In this document: piece by piece, positions 12,714-26,074 of the stretch | How the letters are laid out: the number at the start of each line of letters is the position of its first letter | How positions within the stretch are numbered: position 1 is the first letter of the stretch | Assembly (NCBI RefSeq): GCF_963921235.1 | Contig: NC_086108.1 | Location: 114,144,001 to 114,208,000, forward strand | Direction of reading: 5' to 3' | DNA: 64,000 nt | DNA from: Mobula hypostoma | Taxonomy: Eukaryota | Made by a program: the position numbers and the translations under genes | Notes under the pieces: model-generated | What the model was told of the DNA's origin: nothing | Database searches by the model: none | Seen by the model: only the letters and a program-made list of their open reading frames with translations

Positions 12714-13507
12714 TGTGATGGGGTCTTGAATTACCCCCATAAACTGTGCTTTTGAAAAGAGAGAGAGAGAGAATTATTTAACACCAACATTTTGTTTTTA
12801 AGAGAGAGAGAGAGGTGAAGACTGCTCACAGCATGTTTACATTTTTACAAGGACACTGGTTTCAGCTTCTGTATTCTTACAGAGAGAGAGAGGGGAGGAG
12901 CTGTTTGAGTGACAGCTAGTATTCGGCATGGTGAGATAAATAGAAGGTCAGATGATAAACGGACAGACACATGGTTTTGGACACTGAATGAGCTTTTTGG
13001 TGCCCACAGAAAAAGTGTTTTTTGGAGGATCGATCAGTGGCTCTCACAGTGTGAAAAGGGAGTGACCAGTGGGGAGTTGTTTGTGACCAACCCTTGCCTG
13101 GGTTGATAATTCCACCACAGAAGAACGGTCCGCTTTGTTGTGGTCACAGTCAGTGACTTCTAAAGGAATTAGGAGGACAACGGGAAGATCGACAGCGTCA
13201 GCTCACCTGAAGACTCAAATCTCTCTCCCCCCCCCCCATCACTACTCAACTCAATACTACGAACGGAACTGAACTTTACTCATCATTGTAAGACTATCTA
13301 TTTGAAGGAGCTTGGTTTTTCATAGACATTTCCACACTTACTGTTATACGTACTTGTATATAATCATTGCTAACCTGTTTGACATATCTGCATTTATATT
13401 ACTGTATTGCATATTTACTAATAAATATTATTAGTTAATAGCAATACTGGACTCCAAAGTGTTTTCCATCTCTGCTGGTTCTTTAACCCGGCTCGGGGTA
13501 CGTGACA
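12714..13507 (+). mobile_element. Solo LTR (Gypsy-like), 794 bp
   Basis: TG...CA termini (TGTGA...TGACA); 4-bp TSD TGGG at 12710-12713 and 13508-13511; AATAAA at 13420-13425. Confidence 0.7.
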
Positions 13508-14051
13508 TGGGTTGCCTGGAATGTAGAGCACAGGAACAGGCCACTTGGCTCACAGTATTGTGCTGAACTAGATAAATTAGTAATCAAATAGCCAACTAAA
13601 TTAATCCCTTCAGCCTACACAATGTCCATATCCTTGTCTTCTCCTCACATTCATGTGCATATCTAAACATCTCTTAAAATTCTCTAATGTTACCACCTCT
13701 ACCATCACCCCAGGCAGCACATTCCAAGCACCTGCCTCTCTCTGTGTGAAAAGACTTCCCGTCACATCTCCTTTGAAATGAACCCTCTCACCTTGAATAC
13801 ATGCCCTCAGGTATTAGACATATAAACCCTGGGAAAAAGATACTGTCAATCTGCACCATCTATGCCTCTCATAGTTTGATAAACTTCTATCAGATCTGCC
13901 TTCAGCCTCCACCACTTCAGAGAAAACAACCCAAGTTTGACCATCCCAGGGTTCTTGTTGGGTGAGTGTTTGGCCTGCACCTCCCAGTCTCCACTCAGTC
14001 AACAGGAGTCACCTGGCACTTGTTTCCAGCTGATCACCTCCAGTCTATTTA

Positions 14052-17000
14052 AACCATATAACCATATAACAATTACAGCACGGAAACAAGCCATCTTGGC
14101 CCTTCTAGTCCATGCCGAACTCTTACTCTCACCTAGTCCCACCGACCTGCACTCGGCCCATAACCCTCCATTCCCTTCCTGTCCATATATCTATCCAATT
14201 TAACTTTAAATGACAACATCGAACCTGCCTCAACCACTTCTGCTGGAAGCTCGTTCCACACAGCTACCACTCTCTGAGTAAAGAAGTTCCTCCTCATGTT
14301 ACCCCTAAACTTTTGCCCTTTAACTCTCAACTCATGTCCTCTTGTTTGAATCTCCCCCACTCTCAATGGAAAAAGCCTATCCACGTCAACTCTACCTATC
14401 CCCCCCATAATTTTAAATACCTCTATCAAGTCCCCTCTCAACCTTCTACGCTCCAAAGAATAAAGACCTAACTTGTTCAACCTTTCTCTGTAACTTAGGA
14501 GATGAAACCCAGGCAACATTTTAGTAAATCTCCTCTGTACTCTCTCAATCTTACTGACATCTTTCCATAATTCAGTGACCAGAACTGTACACAATACTCC
14601 AAATTTGGCCTCACCAATGCCTTATACAATTTCAACATTACATCCCAACTCCTGTACTCAATGCTCTGATTTATAAAGGCCAGCATACCAAAAGCTTTCT
14701 TCACCACCCTATCCACATGAGATTCCACCTTCAGGGAACTATGCACCGTTATTCCTAGATCCCTCTGTTCTACTGCATGCTTCAATGCCCTACCATTTAC
14801 TATGTATGTCCTATTTTGATTAGTCCTACCAAATTGTAGCACCTCACATTTATCAGCATTAAACTCCATCTGCCATCTTTCAGCCCACTCTTCTAACTGG
14901 CCTAAATCTCTCTGCAAGCTTTGAAAACCTATTTCATTATCCACAACACCACCTATCTTAGTATCATCTGCATACTTACTAATCCAATTTACCACCCCCT
15001 CATCCAGATCATTAATATATATGACAAACAACATTGGACCCAGTACAGATCCCTGAGGCACACTGCTAGGCACCGTCCTCCAATCTGACACACAGTTATC
15101 CACCACTACTCTCTGGCGTCTCCCATCCAGCCACTGCTGAATCTATTTTACTACTTTCGATATTAACGCTTAACAATTGAACTAACCTTCCATGTGGGAC
15201 CTTGTCAAAGGCCTTACTGAAGTCCATATAGACAACATCCACCGCTTTACCCTCATCAACTTTCTTAGTAACCTCTTCAAAAAATTCAATAAGATTTGTC
15301 AAACATGACCTTCCACGCACAAATCCATGTTGACTGTTTCTAATCAGACCTTGTCTATCCAGATAATTATATATACCATCACTAAGAATACTTTCCATCA
15401 ATTTACCCACCCCTGATGTCAAACTCACAGGCCGATAATTGCTAGGTTTACTCTTAGAACCTGTTTTAAACAATAGAACAACATGAGCAATATGCCAATC
15501 CTCTGGCACCATCCCCGTTTGTAATGACATTTGAAATATTTCTGTCAGAGCCCCTGCTATTTCCACTCTAACTTCCCTCAAGGTCCTAGGGAATATCCTG
15601 TCAGGACCTGGAGACTTATCCACTTTTATATTCCTTAAAAGTGCCAATACTTCCTCTTCTTTAATCATCAAAGTTTCCATAACTACCCTTCTTGTTTCCT
15701 TTACCTTACACAATTCAATATCCTTTTCCTTAGTGAACACCGAAGAAAAGAAATTGTTCAAAATCTTCCCCATCTCTTTTGGCTCCGCACATATCCATCC
15801 ACTCTGATTCTCTAAGGGACCAATTTTATTCCTCACTATCCTTTTGCTATTAATATAACTGTAGAAACCCTTTGGATTTATTTTCACCTTACTTGCCAAA
15901 GCAGCCTCGTATCTTCTTGTAGCTTTTCTAATTTCTTTCTTAAGATTCTTTTTACATTCTTTATATTCCTCAAGCACCTCATTTACTCCAACCTATCTCA
16001 TTCCCTAACAGGAGATCCAACACTGCCCCTTCTCTAGTTGGTACCTCTATGTATTGCTGCAAAAAACTATCCTGCACATATTTGACAAACTCCAAACCAT
16101 CCAGCCCTTTTACAGAATGGTCTTCCCAGTCAATGTGTGGACAATTAAAATCTCCCACAATCACAACCTTGTGCTTACTACAAATATCTGCTACCTCCTT
16201 ACAAATTTGCTCCTCCAATTCTGGCTCCCCATTCGGTGGTCTATAATACACCCCTCTAAGCATCACTACACCTTTCCCATTCCTTAATTCCACCCAAACA
16301 GCCTCCCTAGATGAGTCCATTAACCTATCCTGTCAGAGGACCTCTGTTATATTTTCTCTGACAAGCAATTCAACACCTCCCCCTCTTGCCCCTCCTATTC
16401 TATCACACCTGAAGCAACGAAATCCAGGAATATTTAGTTGCCATCACACTCCTCCTGCAGCCATCTTTCAGTGATAGCTACAACATCATATTACCAGGTA
16501 TCAATCATGCTCTGAGCTCATCCACCTTTCTTGAAATGCTCCTAGCATTAAAATAGATGCATTTAAGAAACTCTCCACCTCTTACTCTCTGTCTGTCCTT
16601 AATGGAGCAAACAACTTTGTTATCTTTGTTATCTTCAGTCTGAGTGCTCCCAATCTCTGTCCCCAGCCTATCCTCCCTCACACGCTGTCTACTAGCTTTC
16701 TCTATTTGTGAACTTACCTCCTCTCTCCTAGTCTCTTCAGTTTGATTCCCACCCCCAACCATTCTAGTTTAAAGTCACCTCAGTAGCCTTCGCAAATCTC
16801 CCTGCCAGGATATTGGTCCCCCTAGGATTCAAGTGCAACCCATCCTTTTTGTACAGGTCACACCTGCGCCAAAAGAGGTCCCAATGATCCAAAAACTTGA
16901 ATCCCTGCCCCCTGCTCCAATCCCTCAGCCACACATTTATCCTCCACCTCATTCCATTCCTACTCTCACTGTCACGTGGCACAGGCAGTAATCCCGAGAT

Positions 17001-17275
17001 TACAATTCTCTTTTCAGGACCTCTCCCCTTTTCCTACCTATGTCATTGGTACCTATATGTACCACAACCTCTGGCTCCTCTCCCTCCCACTTCAGGATAT
17101 CTTGGAAGCGGTCAGAAACATCCCGGACCCTGGCACCAGGGAGGCAAACTACCATCCGGGTCTCCTGAGTGCATCCACAGAATCGCCTATCTGACCCCCT
17201 AAATATCGAGTCCCCTATTACTACTGCCCTCCTCTTAATTTCCCTACTCTTCTCTCTTCCATTGTCTTTGTTCAC
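14052..17275 (-). mobile_element. Long CR1 LINE: ORF1 SGNH/GDSL esterase domain plus frameshifted ORF2 (APE endonuclease and RT)
   Basis: ORF1: VVIGDSIFRG, VVHIGTNDIG, KKDGLHLN. ORF2: [58 protein letters not shown]. (ATATGGTT)n tail at ~14052-14070. Confidence 0.95.
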
Positions 17276-17404
17276 TCATATGAATGAGCCAGCTTCAACC
17301 AGTTGATCCTAGCCTTCAGTTAACATGTTACCTGTTGTGTTTAGTGCGTGTTCTCTCTTGTTTTGTGGCCCCTCATGGCATGTTATTTTGTAGTCTATTA
17401 GTGA

Positions 17405-17830
17405 AATATTAGTCAACTGGCCTCTGACAATCAAGTCCACTGGCCTTCATGGATGGCTTAGCTACTAAGCCGGCGGAACCATTTCTACTGACGGGGAGGG
17501 ACAAAGGCAGATTTCTGGCACCTTAAAACCAGTCAATCTGGCAGATGGGGCTCATCAGCTGTGGTTGGCAGCTCTTCTAGGAGAAGGAAAACTCTGATCT
17601 CAAAGCTTTGCTGTCTTGCAGCTATAGCCACTCATGGAGAAGACTTCAGGAGTAAACCCTGAGGGAAAAATCTGAAGCTGGAGTCTCTAAGGCAGTTTTA
17701 TGTTGAGTTCAGTACTCACTGGCAACTTCTGCAACACTGCCAGTGCCTAACATCAGATGCGTGGAGATGGGGAGCTTGCTGCGTGGGCAACAGCTTGGTC
17801 TCCATATTGGCTTGCTTGCTTGACAACAAG
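17405..17830 (+). mobile_element. RTE-related non-autonomous element (5'UTR-like)
   Basis: Contains ggagaaggaaaactctgatctcaaa and ggagtaaaccc...ggagtctctaaggcag, the latter shared with 25407-25812; perfect hairpin GGCTTAG-cta-CTAAGCC. Confidence 0.55.
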
Positions 17831-18179
17831 AATGCAACATCCATGGTCAATGCTGACTGACGTTGTAACATGTCATTTACTGCTAAATTGTCTCTGCTTC
17901 TCTGCTTCTGGGTCAAGCCTTCACAGACAGTGTGTGGGTTAAGTTGCTGTTAGATCAGTGTGTACAAGATATTGGTGAGAGGGCACTTGGAGTACTGTGA
18001 GCAGTTCTGGTTGCCCCAATGCAAGGAAGCTAAGGTAACAATGGAGAGAGTACAGAGGAGATACTCCTGGGTGGGAGCTGTAAATATGAGGAGAGGCTGG
18101 ACAGTTTGGGTTCATTTCTGATGGAACTCAGGAGACTGATGGGTGACCTTCGAGAGGTTTAATAGATTATGAAGGGCGG

Positions 18180-18540
18180 CATTATCATTATGTGCTGTGT
18201 TGTATGATGTGGACGATCATGGTCTTTCCATGACCGTGATTGTTCTTGGCGGATGTTTCTACAGAAGTGGTTTGCCATTGTCTTCTTCTAGGCAGAGTCT
18301 TTACAAGACTCTTCAACATTCTTCAGAGGTTGTCTGCCTGCTGTCTGTGGTCGCATAACCAAGACTTATGATATGCAGCGGGTGCTCATATGACCTTCCA
18401 CCGCCTGCTCCCATGGCTTCACATGACCCTGATCAGGGGCTAAGCAGGTGCTACACCTTACCCAAGGGTGACTTGCAGTCTAGTGGAGCGAAGGAATGCT
18501 TTACACCTCCTTTATTAGAGATGTTATCTCCACCCCGCTA
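18180..18540 (-). mobile_element. SINE-like element with RTE/BovB-type tail
   Basis: Minus strand gaagaagacaatggcaaaccact... near the 3' end, with a short ATG/ATA-rich tail. Confidence 0.5.
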
Positions 18541-19654
18541 TATGAAGATCAGAGGGAGGATAAATAGTTATAGAGCCACCGAGCTCTACAACACAGAGGC
18601 AGACCTGTTGGCCTATCTAGTCTGTGTCAAAGTCTGACTCTGCCTCGTCCCATCGACCTGCACCTGGATCATAGCCTTCCAAACTGTGTGGCTACTGCAC
18701 AGGACCGAAAGAAGCAGCAGAGGGTTGTAAATCTAGTCAGCTCCATCTTGGGTACTAGCCTACGAAGTACCCAGGACATCTTCTGAGAGCGGTGTCTCAG
18801 AGAGGCAGTGTCCATTAATAAGGACCTCTAGTACCCAGGGCATGCCCTTTTCTCACTGTTACCATCAGGTAGGAGGTACAGAAGCCTGAAGGCACACACT
18901 CAGCGATTCAGGAATCGTTTCTTCCCCTCTGCCATCCGATTCCTAAATGGACATTGAACCCGGGAACACTACCTCACTTTTTTAATATATTTATTATTTA
19001 TGTTTTGCATATTAAAAAAAATCTATTCAATATCCATATATTGTAATTGATTTACTTATTATTATTATTTTTTCTCTCTCTTCTAGATTATGTATTGCAT
19101 TGAACTGCTGCTGCTAAGTTAACAAATTTCACATTACATACCGGTGATAATAAACCTGATTCTGATTCTGATCCATGTACCTACCCAAACTTTTCTTAAA
19201 TGTTGAAATCAAACCTGCATCCATCCCTTCTACTGGCAGCTCGTTCCACGCTCTCACCACCCTCTGAGTGAAGAAGCCCCCGCCCCATGTTCCCCTTAAA
19301 TATTTCACCTTTCACCCTTAATCTATGACCCCCCCCCATTCCAGTCAGTGGAAAAAGCCTGCTTATAGTTACCTTATCTATCCCCCTCCTCATTTTGTAT
19401 ACCTTCAGAAAATTTACCCAGGACAGGCAAGTCCAGAGCTAAAAGGCACGGGGTTGAGGTGAGAGTAGGCACATTGAAAGGGGGTCTGTGATGCAAGTTT
19501 TTCAAACAGAAGTTGATGGATGTGGAGAATAATTCAGATTTGTCGATTTATCACGTGTACATCGAAACATAACGTGAAATGGCGCCTGTGTACAGCACTC
19601 CTTTGGTCAACATCTTCTGAATAGATCGTGAAACCATTGTTTTCACATTTTGCT

Positions 19655-19862
19655 TATTTTTTTGTGCGGGAGGAGGGATTTGGGGGTTGATGTGCCTGAT
19701 CCGTTTTGCTCGGATTTTATGCAGAAGGAGGGATTTGGGGTTTGATGTACCAGTACTGTTTTACTCATTTTTTTGTGTGGGAGGAGGGATTTGGGGGTTG
19801 ACGTGCCTGATCCGTGTTTGCTCATATTTTTTGTGCGGGTGGTGTGATTTGGGGTTGATGAT
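19655..19862. repeat. ~55-59 bp tandem repeat x4 within a short interspersed element
   Basis: ttttttgtgcgggaggagggatttgggggttga... recurs four times. Confidence 0.85.
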
Positions 19863-22349
19863 TGTGTTGCCCTTATTTTCTTTCTTGATTTCACAGCTAC
19901 CCGGAGAATTGAAGAATTTCAGAGTTGTATACTTCGATAAGAAATTAACCTTTGAAATTTTGAACCATTGAAATGTGTCATTTGTATTAACAATGAACAT
20001 AACTTAAAGATGTGTTGGGGGCAGCCCACAAGCGGCCCCGCACATTCTGCTGCCAACACTGTACTCCCACAATGTTGCGCAGAACAACACAGAACACCAA
20101 GTGACAAAACGAAACACCCTCCCTCCCTCCCTCCCACCCACACATCCACACAGTTCTCTAACCTCAAAATTCAAACCAGGTTTAATATCACTGGTGTATG
20201 TCATGAAATTTGTTCTTTTCATTGTGTACATTGCAATACATAATATTTTAAAAAACTACAAATTACAGTAAGAAATATATTTAGTGAGGTAGTGTACATT
20301 GTCCATTCATAAATCTGATGGTGGAGGGAAAGAGGCTGTTTCTGAAACATTGAGTGCTCCTGGACGTGCTGCCTTTGTCTTTCAGAGGACTCATGGATCC
20401 GCAGGCATCGTCACCTTCCTGTGGACTGGGAGAGTTTTGCAGACTTGGGACTTGATGAGCTGCTGGAGGAGATGGCAGAGTCAGGTAGAATTACAACGTT
20501 TCTAAGACACTGGACTGATACGTGGACAGGAATGGTGTAGAGCAGGGGATGTCAACCTTTTTTATGCCATGGAGATTTACCATTAACCAAGGGGTCCGTG
20601 AACCCCCAGGCTGGAAAACTCTGGTTTAGAAGGATATGGACCAAACACAGACAAACGGGACTAGTGTAGATAGATTCTACGGTCAGCCTGGGTGAGATGG
20701 GCCGAAGGGCCTGTTTCTGTGATATATAACTCTATGACTGTACAAAGAAGATCAGCTATGATCTAGTTCAAGGGTCAGCTTTATTCACCATATACACAAT
20801 CAGAATCAAATTTAATATCATCAGCATGTGTCATGAAATTTGTTAACATAGTGGCAGCAGTACAATGCGTTACATGATAATATAGAAAAACAAAGCAATT
20901 ACAGTAAGTATATATATTTATTACATAGTTAAATTAAAAATAGTGCAGAAACAGAAATAATTAAAGTGAGGGAGTGTTCAAAGGTTCAGTGTCCATTTAG
21001 GAATCGGATGGCAGAGGGGAAGAAACTGTTCCTGAATCGCTAAGTGTGTGTCCTCAGTCTTTACCTCTGGAGATTAGTACCCAAGATGGAGCTGACTAAT
21101 TTCATGACTTTCTGTAGCTTCTTTTGATCCTGTGCATAGCACCCCCCCCCCACCCCCATACCAGACAGTGATGCAGACTGTCAGAATGCTCTCCATGGCA
21201 CATCTGTAAAAGTTTTTGAGTGTTTTAGTTGACACACCAAATCTCTTCAAACTCCTAATGAAGTACAGTCACTGTCTTGCCTTCTTTATAGCTGCATTGA
21301 TATGTTGGGACCAGGTGCGATCCTCAGAGATCTTGATACCCAAGAACTTGAAACTGCTCAGTCTCTCCACTTGTGATCCCTCTATGAGGATTGGTATGTG
21401 TTCCTTCATCTTACGCTTCCTGAAGTCCACAATCAGCTCTTCCGTTTTACTGACGTTGAGTGTAAGGTTGTTGCAGTGACACCACTCCACTAGTTGTGAT
21501 ACCTTGCTCCTGCACGCCTGCTCGTCTCCATCGGAGGTTCTGCCAACGATGATTGTATTTACAATAATACACCAGCACGTACGTATTTACAATATAAACC
21601 ATTATAAAACGTGTTTACAGTGCAGTGTGGTGATGAGTAACAGAGGGAGGCTGGGGCTGACTGGAATGGTTGATTGATGGTGTAGTAGAGTTGAGGGGAA
21701 CTTTCCAGTCCTTCTTCCGCTGATGGACAGAACAAGTGAAACAGCCTGGCCTCAGCAAGATTTGGTTGCTTGTAACGCGAGAGCTGCTTATCTCTGCAGT
21801 GTAAGTAAAGCTACAGAATATCTGTTACAAGGATTAATCGTCACTCGCCAAGGCCACCAAGATTATCATCAAGGTCAGGAAGCTGATTTCTGAGCATTCC
21901 CCCCAGCCCATGGTCCACAGATGTTGCCTTCAATACACCAAAGAAATTTTGGAATTACGTTCCCTCTAACCTCAACAGGACTTTATTTCCTGCACTTCCC
22001 TTCAAACTCTTCGGGCTCAATAGAAAATGTACGACAGGACACGGCTCAACGCATCACAGAAACCAGCCCAGCCTCCCCTCCACAAACTCTGTCTACACTT
22101 CTCACTGTCTCAGTAAAGCAGCTAATGTAATCAAAGACCCCACCCACCCGACACTCTCTCTTCTGCCCTCTCCCATCAGAAGATACAAAGGCCTGAAAGC
22201 ATGTCCCAGTGGGTGTAAGAACAACTTCTCGGCCATTGTTATAATACGTTTGAATTCTCTGTAGCTGCTACACTTTATTCTGCATTCTGCTATTGATCTC
22301 CAATGCCTCCCATCCTGCAACGATCTCCCTGTCTCACTCACTACTTCAA

Positions 22350-23085
22350 AGAAAATAGAACAGTACAGTACCGAAACAAGCCCTTCAGCCCACAATGCTG
22401 TGCTGAACCAATTAGATTAGTGCCTAACTAATCTCCTGTTCCAACACAATGTCCATATCCTTCCATTTTCCTCACACGCACGTGCCCTTCTAAATATCTC
22501 TTATAAGTCTCTACGGTATCTGCCTCTACCACCACCCCAGACCTCACATTCCAGGCGCTCCCCACTCTCTGAGTAAAACACTTGCCCCTCACATCCCCTT
22601 TGAAATTATCCCTTCTCACCTTAAATGCATGCTTTATGGTATCAGACAATATCTTTTTCCCAGGGTTGAAATGTCTGTCTACTCTGTCTATGCCTCCCAT
22701 AGTCTTATAACTCAGTACTGGATCTCCCCTCAGCCTCCATCGCTCCAGAGAAGACAACCCAAGTGTGTCCAACCTCTCATTATAGCCCATGCCCTCTAAT
22801 CCAGGCAGCATCCTGGTAAACCTCTTCTATGCCCTCTCCAAAGTCTCGTCATCTTTCCTATATTGGGGTGACCAGAACTGCATGCAATACTCCAGACGTG
22901 GCCGAACTAGAGTATTATAAAGCTGCATTATAACTTCCTGAGTCTTGAATTTAATGCCTTGACTGACAAAGGCAAACATGCCACCTGCATTCTTAACCAC
23001 CCTATCATCCTGTGGAGCCACTTTCAGGAAGCTATGAACTTGGAGCCTAAGATCTCTCTGCTCATCAACATTTTAAAGAGACTTA
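22350..23085 (-). mobile_element. CR1 3' fragment
   Basis: LYNTLVRPRLEYCMQFWSP; ERWRLRGD; CFTQRVGSAWN. Confidence 0.9.
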
Positions 23086-23095
23086 CCAATAACAG

Positions 23096-24270
23096 CAGAC
23101 ATCCCACCTCTCCCGGGAGTTCCGGGAGTCTCCCATATATTGGTAGTGGCTCCCTGATGCCCGCAAATTATATACAATATCTCAGAAGTGGATTTTTTAG
23201 AGATGGAGGGGGAGAAGGAAAAAAAAGAAACAAAGAAAATGAATGAATCCTGCTTGATCTCTCTTTGTGCTAAGTAGACCCATCAGTTTTCTCTGTGGGC
23301 GGGCTTTACAGTCAACCTCTCTCTCTCTCTTCCATATTCCATCAGTTCAGTTACTGCCGTCTGTAATGACGCTAAAATGATCCGGACAACTGTCGGTGAT
23401 GAAGTGCAAAAGCCTGGTGAAGAAATTTCCAAGGCTGGCGGTGACAACCTGACTACGCGAGGCTGTCCTGTATGGGCCGGGCGCATTGGCATCTTAAAGG
23501 GGATTAGAGCGGGGCTTAAATTGGAGCGAAATTCCAAAATTGTCCGCTAAGACATCTTTAAAAAGGCGCTCGCAGCAAGCAAATTCTTCGGGGTTTTTTT
23601 TCCTGAAACACTTCCACTTACAGGTACATCAAAGCCCGCGATGGGCTGGGTTTAAGTGCAGACGTTTTTAGAAGAAAAAACGATCTAAATAAATACCCGG
23701 CCCCCACCGAGGTCTCATCATTAGGACAGCGAACTGTTTACCTGTGCTGTGCACTTGATATGCATTTCGAATTACACTTTATTAAATAATATGGTAATAC
23801 ATTGTTTTATGTGGTGTGCGTGATATACATATTGTGGCTACACCGTGGTCTGGACAGAGGTGGTTTCGTTTGTGGACAATCAGCCAGGTGACAATAAACT
23901 TGAACTTGAAGATACAGAACTTCTAAATCACTCATTTAAAATCCCCCATTTCGATGTCAGGATAGTAAGGATACACTTTATGCTTTTATTTCTTTTAGAG
24001 ACCACAGCCTATCAGGGAGGCTAAGCACAGGAAAGGCTGCTCAAGTATTTCACAGATCGTTTCAGCAGAAAAGCAAAGTCTGACAGAGAAGGTCACTGGA
24101 GCTGAGGTGTACTTTACATCTTTCATCGTTGAGCATAACCTGCCACTCCAGGTGTGGAAGCACACAGGAAAGATATTCAGGAAAATGTTTCCTGATTCAG
24201 AAATAGAAGAAACTATGCCCCTCAGCAACCAAGACAGCAGCTATTGTGAACGTGGCACATTAAGACAGAA
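23096..24270 (+). mobile_element. hAT-like DNA transposon 5' remnant with transposase fragment
   Basis: Subterminal tcccgggag/gggagtctccc motifs; KVTGAEVYFTSFIVEHNLPL...HTGKIFRKMFPDSEI at ~24090-24210. Confidence 0.7.
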
Positions 24271-24747
24271 TTCAGAAGTCAGCTGTCTCACAAAACACTT
24301 GTGAATCTGATGTCTTGCAAAATTAACAAATTCATTGACACAGACTGCTGTGAGGTTGAGACCTCCCTGAAACGAGTTTTTGCAGGGTGGGATGTCTGTA
24401 GAAGTGTCTGGTCTCCCTGCATTTCACTAGCAACTTGAGACATTTGTATCTGGGTTAAACTCCTTGTGCCGTTTCTCTGCCTGTATCTGCAACTGATCGA
24501 TATCCCGTTGTAAATTTGTTTCAATAGGAAGGTGGTTGGGAAACAAATAAGAGTACTAAGTTTTCTATGTTCCTATGTTTACATAGTATTGTATAACGCA
24601 GTAGTATTGTGTTATTTGGTAACTGTGAAGACATAATATACAGTATATATATATATATATATATATATATGTGCCTAAGACTTTTGCGCAGTACAGTATA
24701 TACATCACCAACAGCAAAGGTCCTGGTACAGATCCCTGCTGATCCCT

Positions 24748-26050
24748 CACAAACAAGAGAAAATCTGCAGATGCTGCAAATCCGAGCAACACACACAAAA
24801 TGCTGGAGGAACTCAGCAGGCCAGGCAGCATCATGGAAAAGAGTACAGTCAACGTTTCAGACCCCACACCAGGACTGGAGAAAAAGAGATCAGAAGTCAG
24901 AGTTAGAAGGTGGGGTGGGGAGGAAGAAACACAAGGTGACAGGTGAAATGGGAAGAGGGAGGGGTGAAGTAAAGAGCTGGGGAGTTGATTGGTGAAAGAT
25001 ATACAGGGCTGCAGAAGGAAGAATCTGATAGGAGAGGACGGAAGGCCATGGAAGAAAGAAAAAGGTGGGGGTGGGGGGGAAGGAGCACTAGAGGGAGGTG
25101 ATGGGCAGGTCGGGAGATTAGGTGAGACAGGAAAAAGGGAATGGGCAATGGTGAAGGGTGGGGGCGCATTACCAGAAGTTCGAGAAATCGATGTACATGC
25201 CATCAGGTTGGAGGCTACCCAGACGGAATATAAGGTGTTGCTCCTCCAATCTGAGTGTGGCCTCATTGCGATAATAGAGGAGGACACGTCAAAATGGGAA
25301 GTGGAATTAAAATGGGTGGCCACTGAGAAATCCGGCTTTTTTCTGGTGGATGGAGCATGGGTGCTTGGAGAAGCAATCTCCCAATTCAGGTCAGGTACCA
25401 CTGATATTAGAGTAGTGGGTAGTGTCACCACTACAGGGCGTGACGACCCTGCCTTACATGAGTCCCGGGCTCAGCTGGCTCCGGCTGACAGTACCCGGTA
25501 TGGGCCCCTATTCAGGGTTATGGATCCCACTGCCTTGTCGGTATCTTCGGGAGAAGAGGAGGCTGAGGAGTAAACCCTACACAAATCCGGAGTGGAGCCC
25601 CTAAGGCGGTTGGATGACGTATCACGTCACCTCCCGGCAGCTCCCGCAGCCAAGCTGATGCCAAATGTACTGCTTCACATTCCTTTGGACCACATCCGCG
25701 AGGCTAAGAGGGGGATCTTGATGTCTGGGCAGCCCAGGATCTCCATATTCATCGCCCAGGTCTGTGCCCCGGAACGGGCACATCCATTGTCTACTTAGAC
25801 AGACGGAGCCATTACCACCAATATACAGGAGCCCACATCGGGGGCACCAGACACAGTATATGACCCCAACAGATTCACAGAAGTGTCGCCTCACCTGGAA
25901 GGACTGTTTGGGGCCCGGAGCGGTAGTGAAAGAGGAAGTGTAGGGATCGCTCCCTACAGGACTCCCTTGTCCACTCATTCCTCCCTACTGATATCCTTCC
26001 TAGCACTTATCCTTGCAAGTGGAACAAGTGCTACACCTGCCCCTACACAG
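24748..26050. mobile_element. Older Penelope-like element fragment (minus, with small inverted piece), interrupted at 25407-25812
   Basis: Minus strand PGPKQSFQVRRHFCESVGVIYCVWCPRCGLLYIG (GIY-YIG) and VATHFNSTSH; pLTR-type 3' sequence. Confidence 0.85.
25407..25812 (+). mobile_element. RTE-related non-autonomous insertion
   Basis: Imperfect TSD taccactgata / taccaccaata; shares ggagtaaaccc...ggag..cctaaggc with the 17.4-kb element. Confidence 0.55.
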
Positions 26051-26074
26051 ATCTCTACAAAGTGATCTAAATTA

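Noticed and set aside
21690..21990. Exon in unique sequence (AGT|GTAAGT at ~21800)
   Set aside because: No convincing acceptor or recognisable reading frame; support is insufficient.
24565..25431. 288-aa ORF
   Set aside because: Read-through of PLE pLTR and (TA)n microsatellite sequence; not a real protein.
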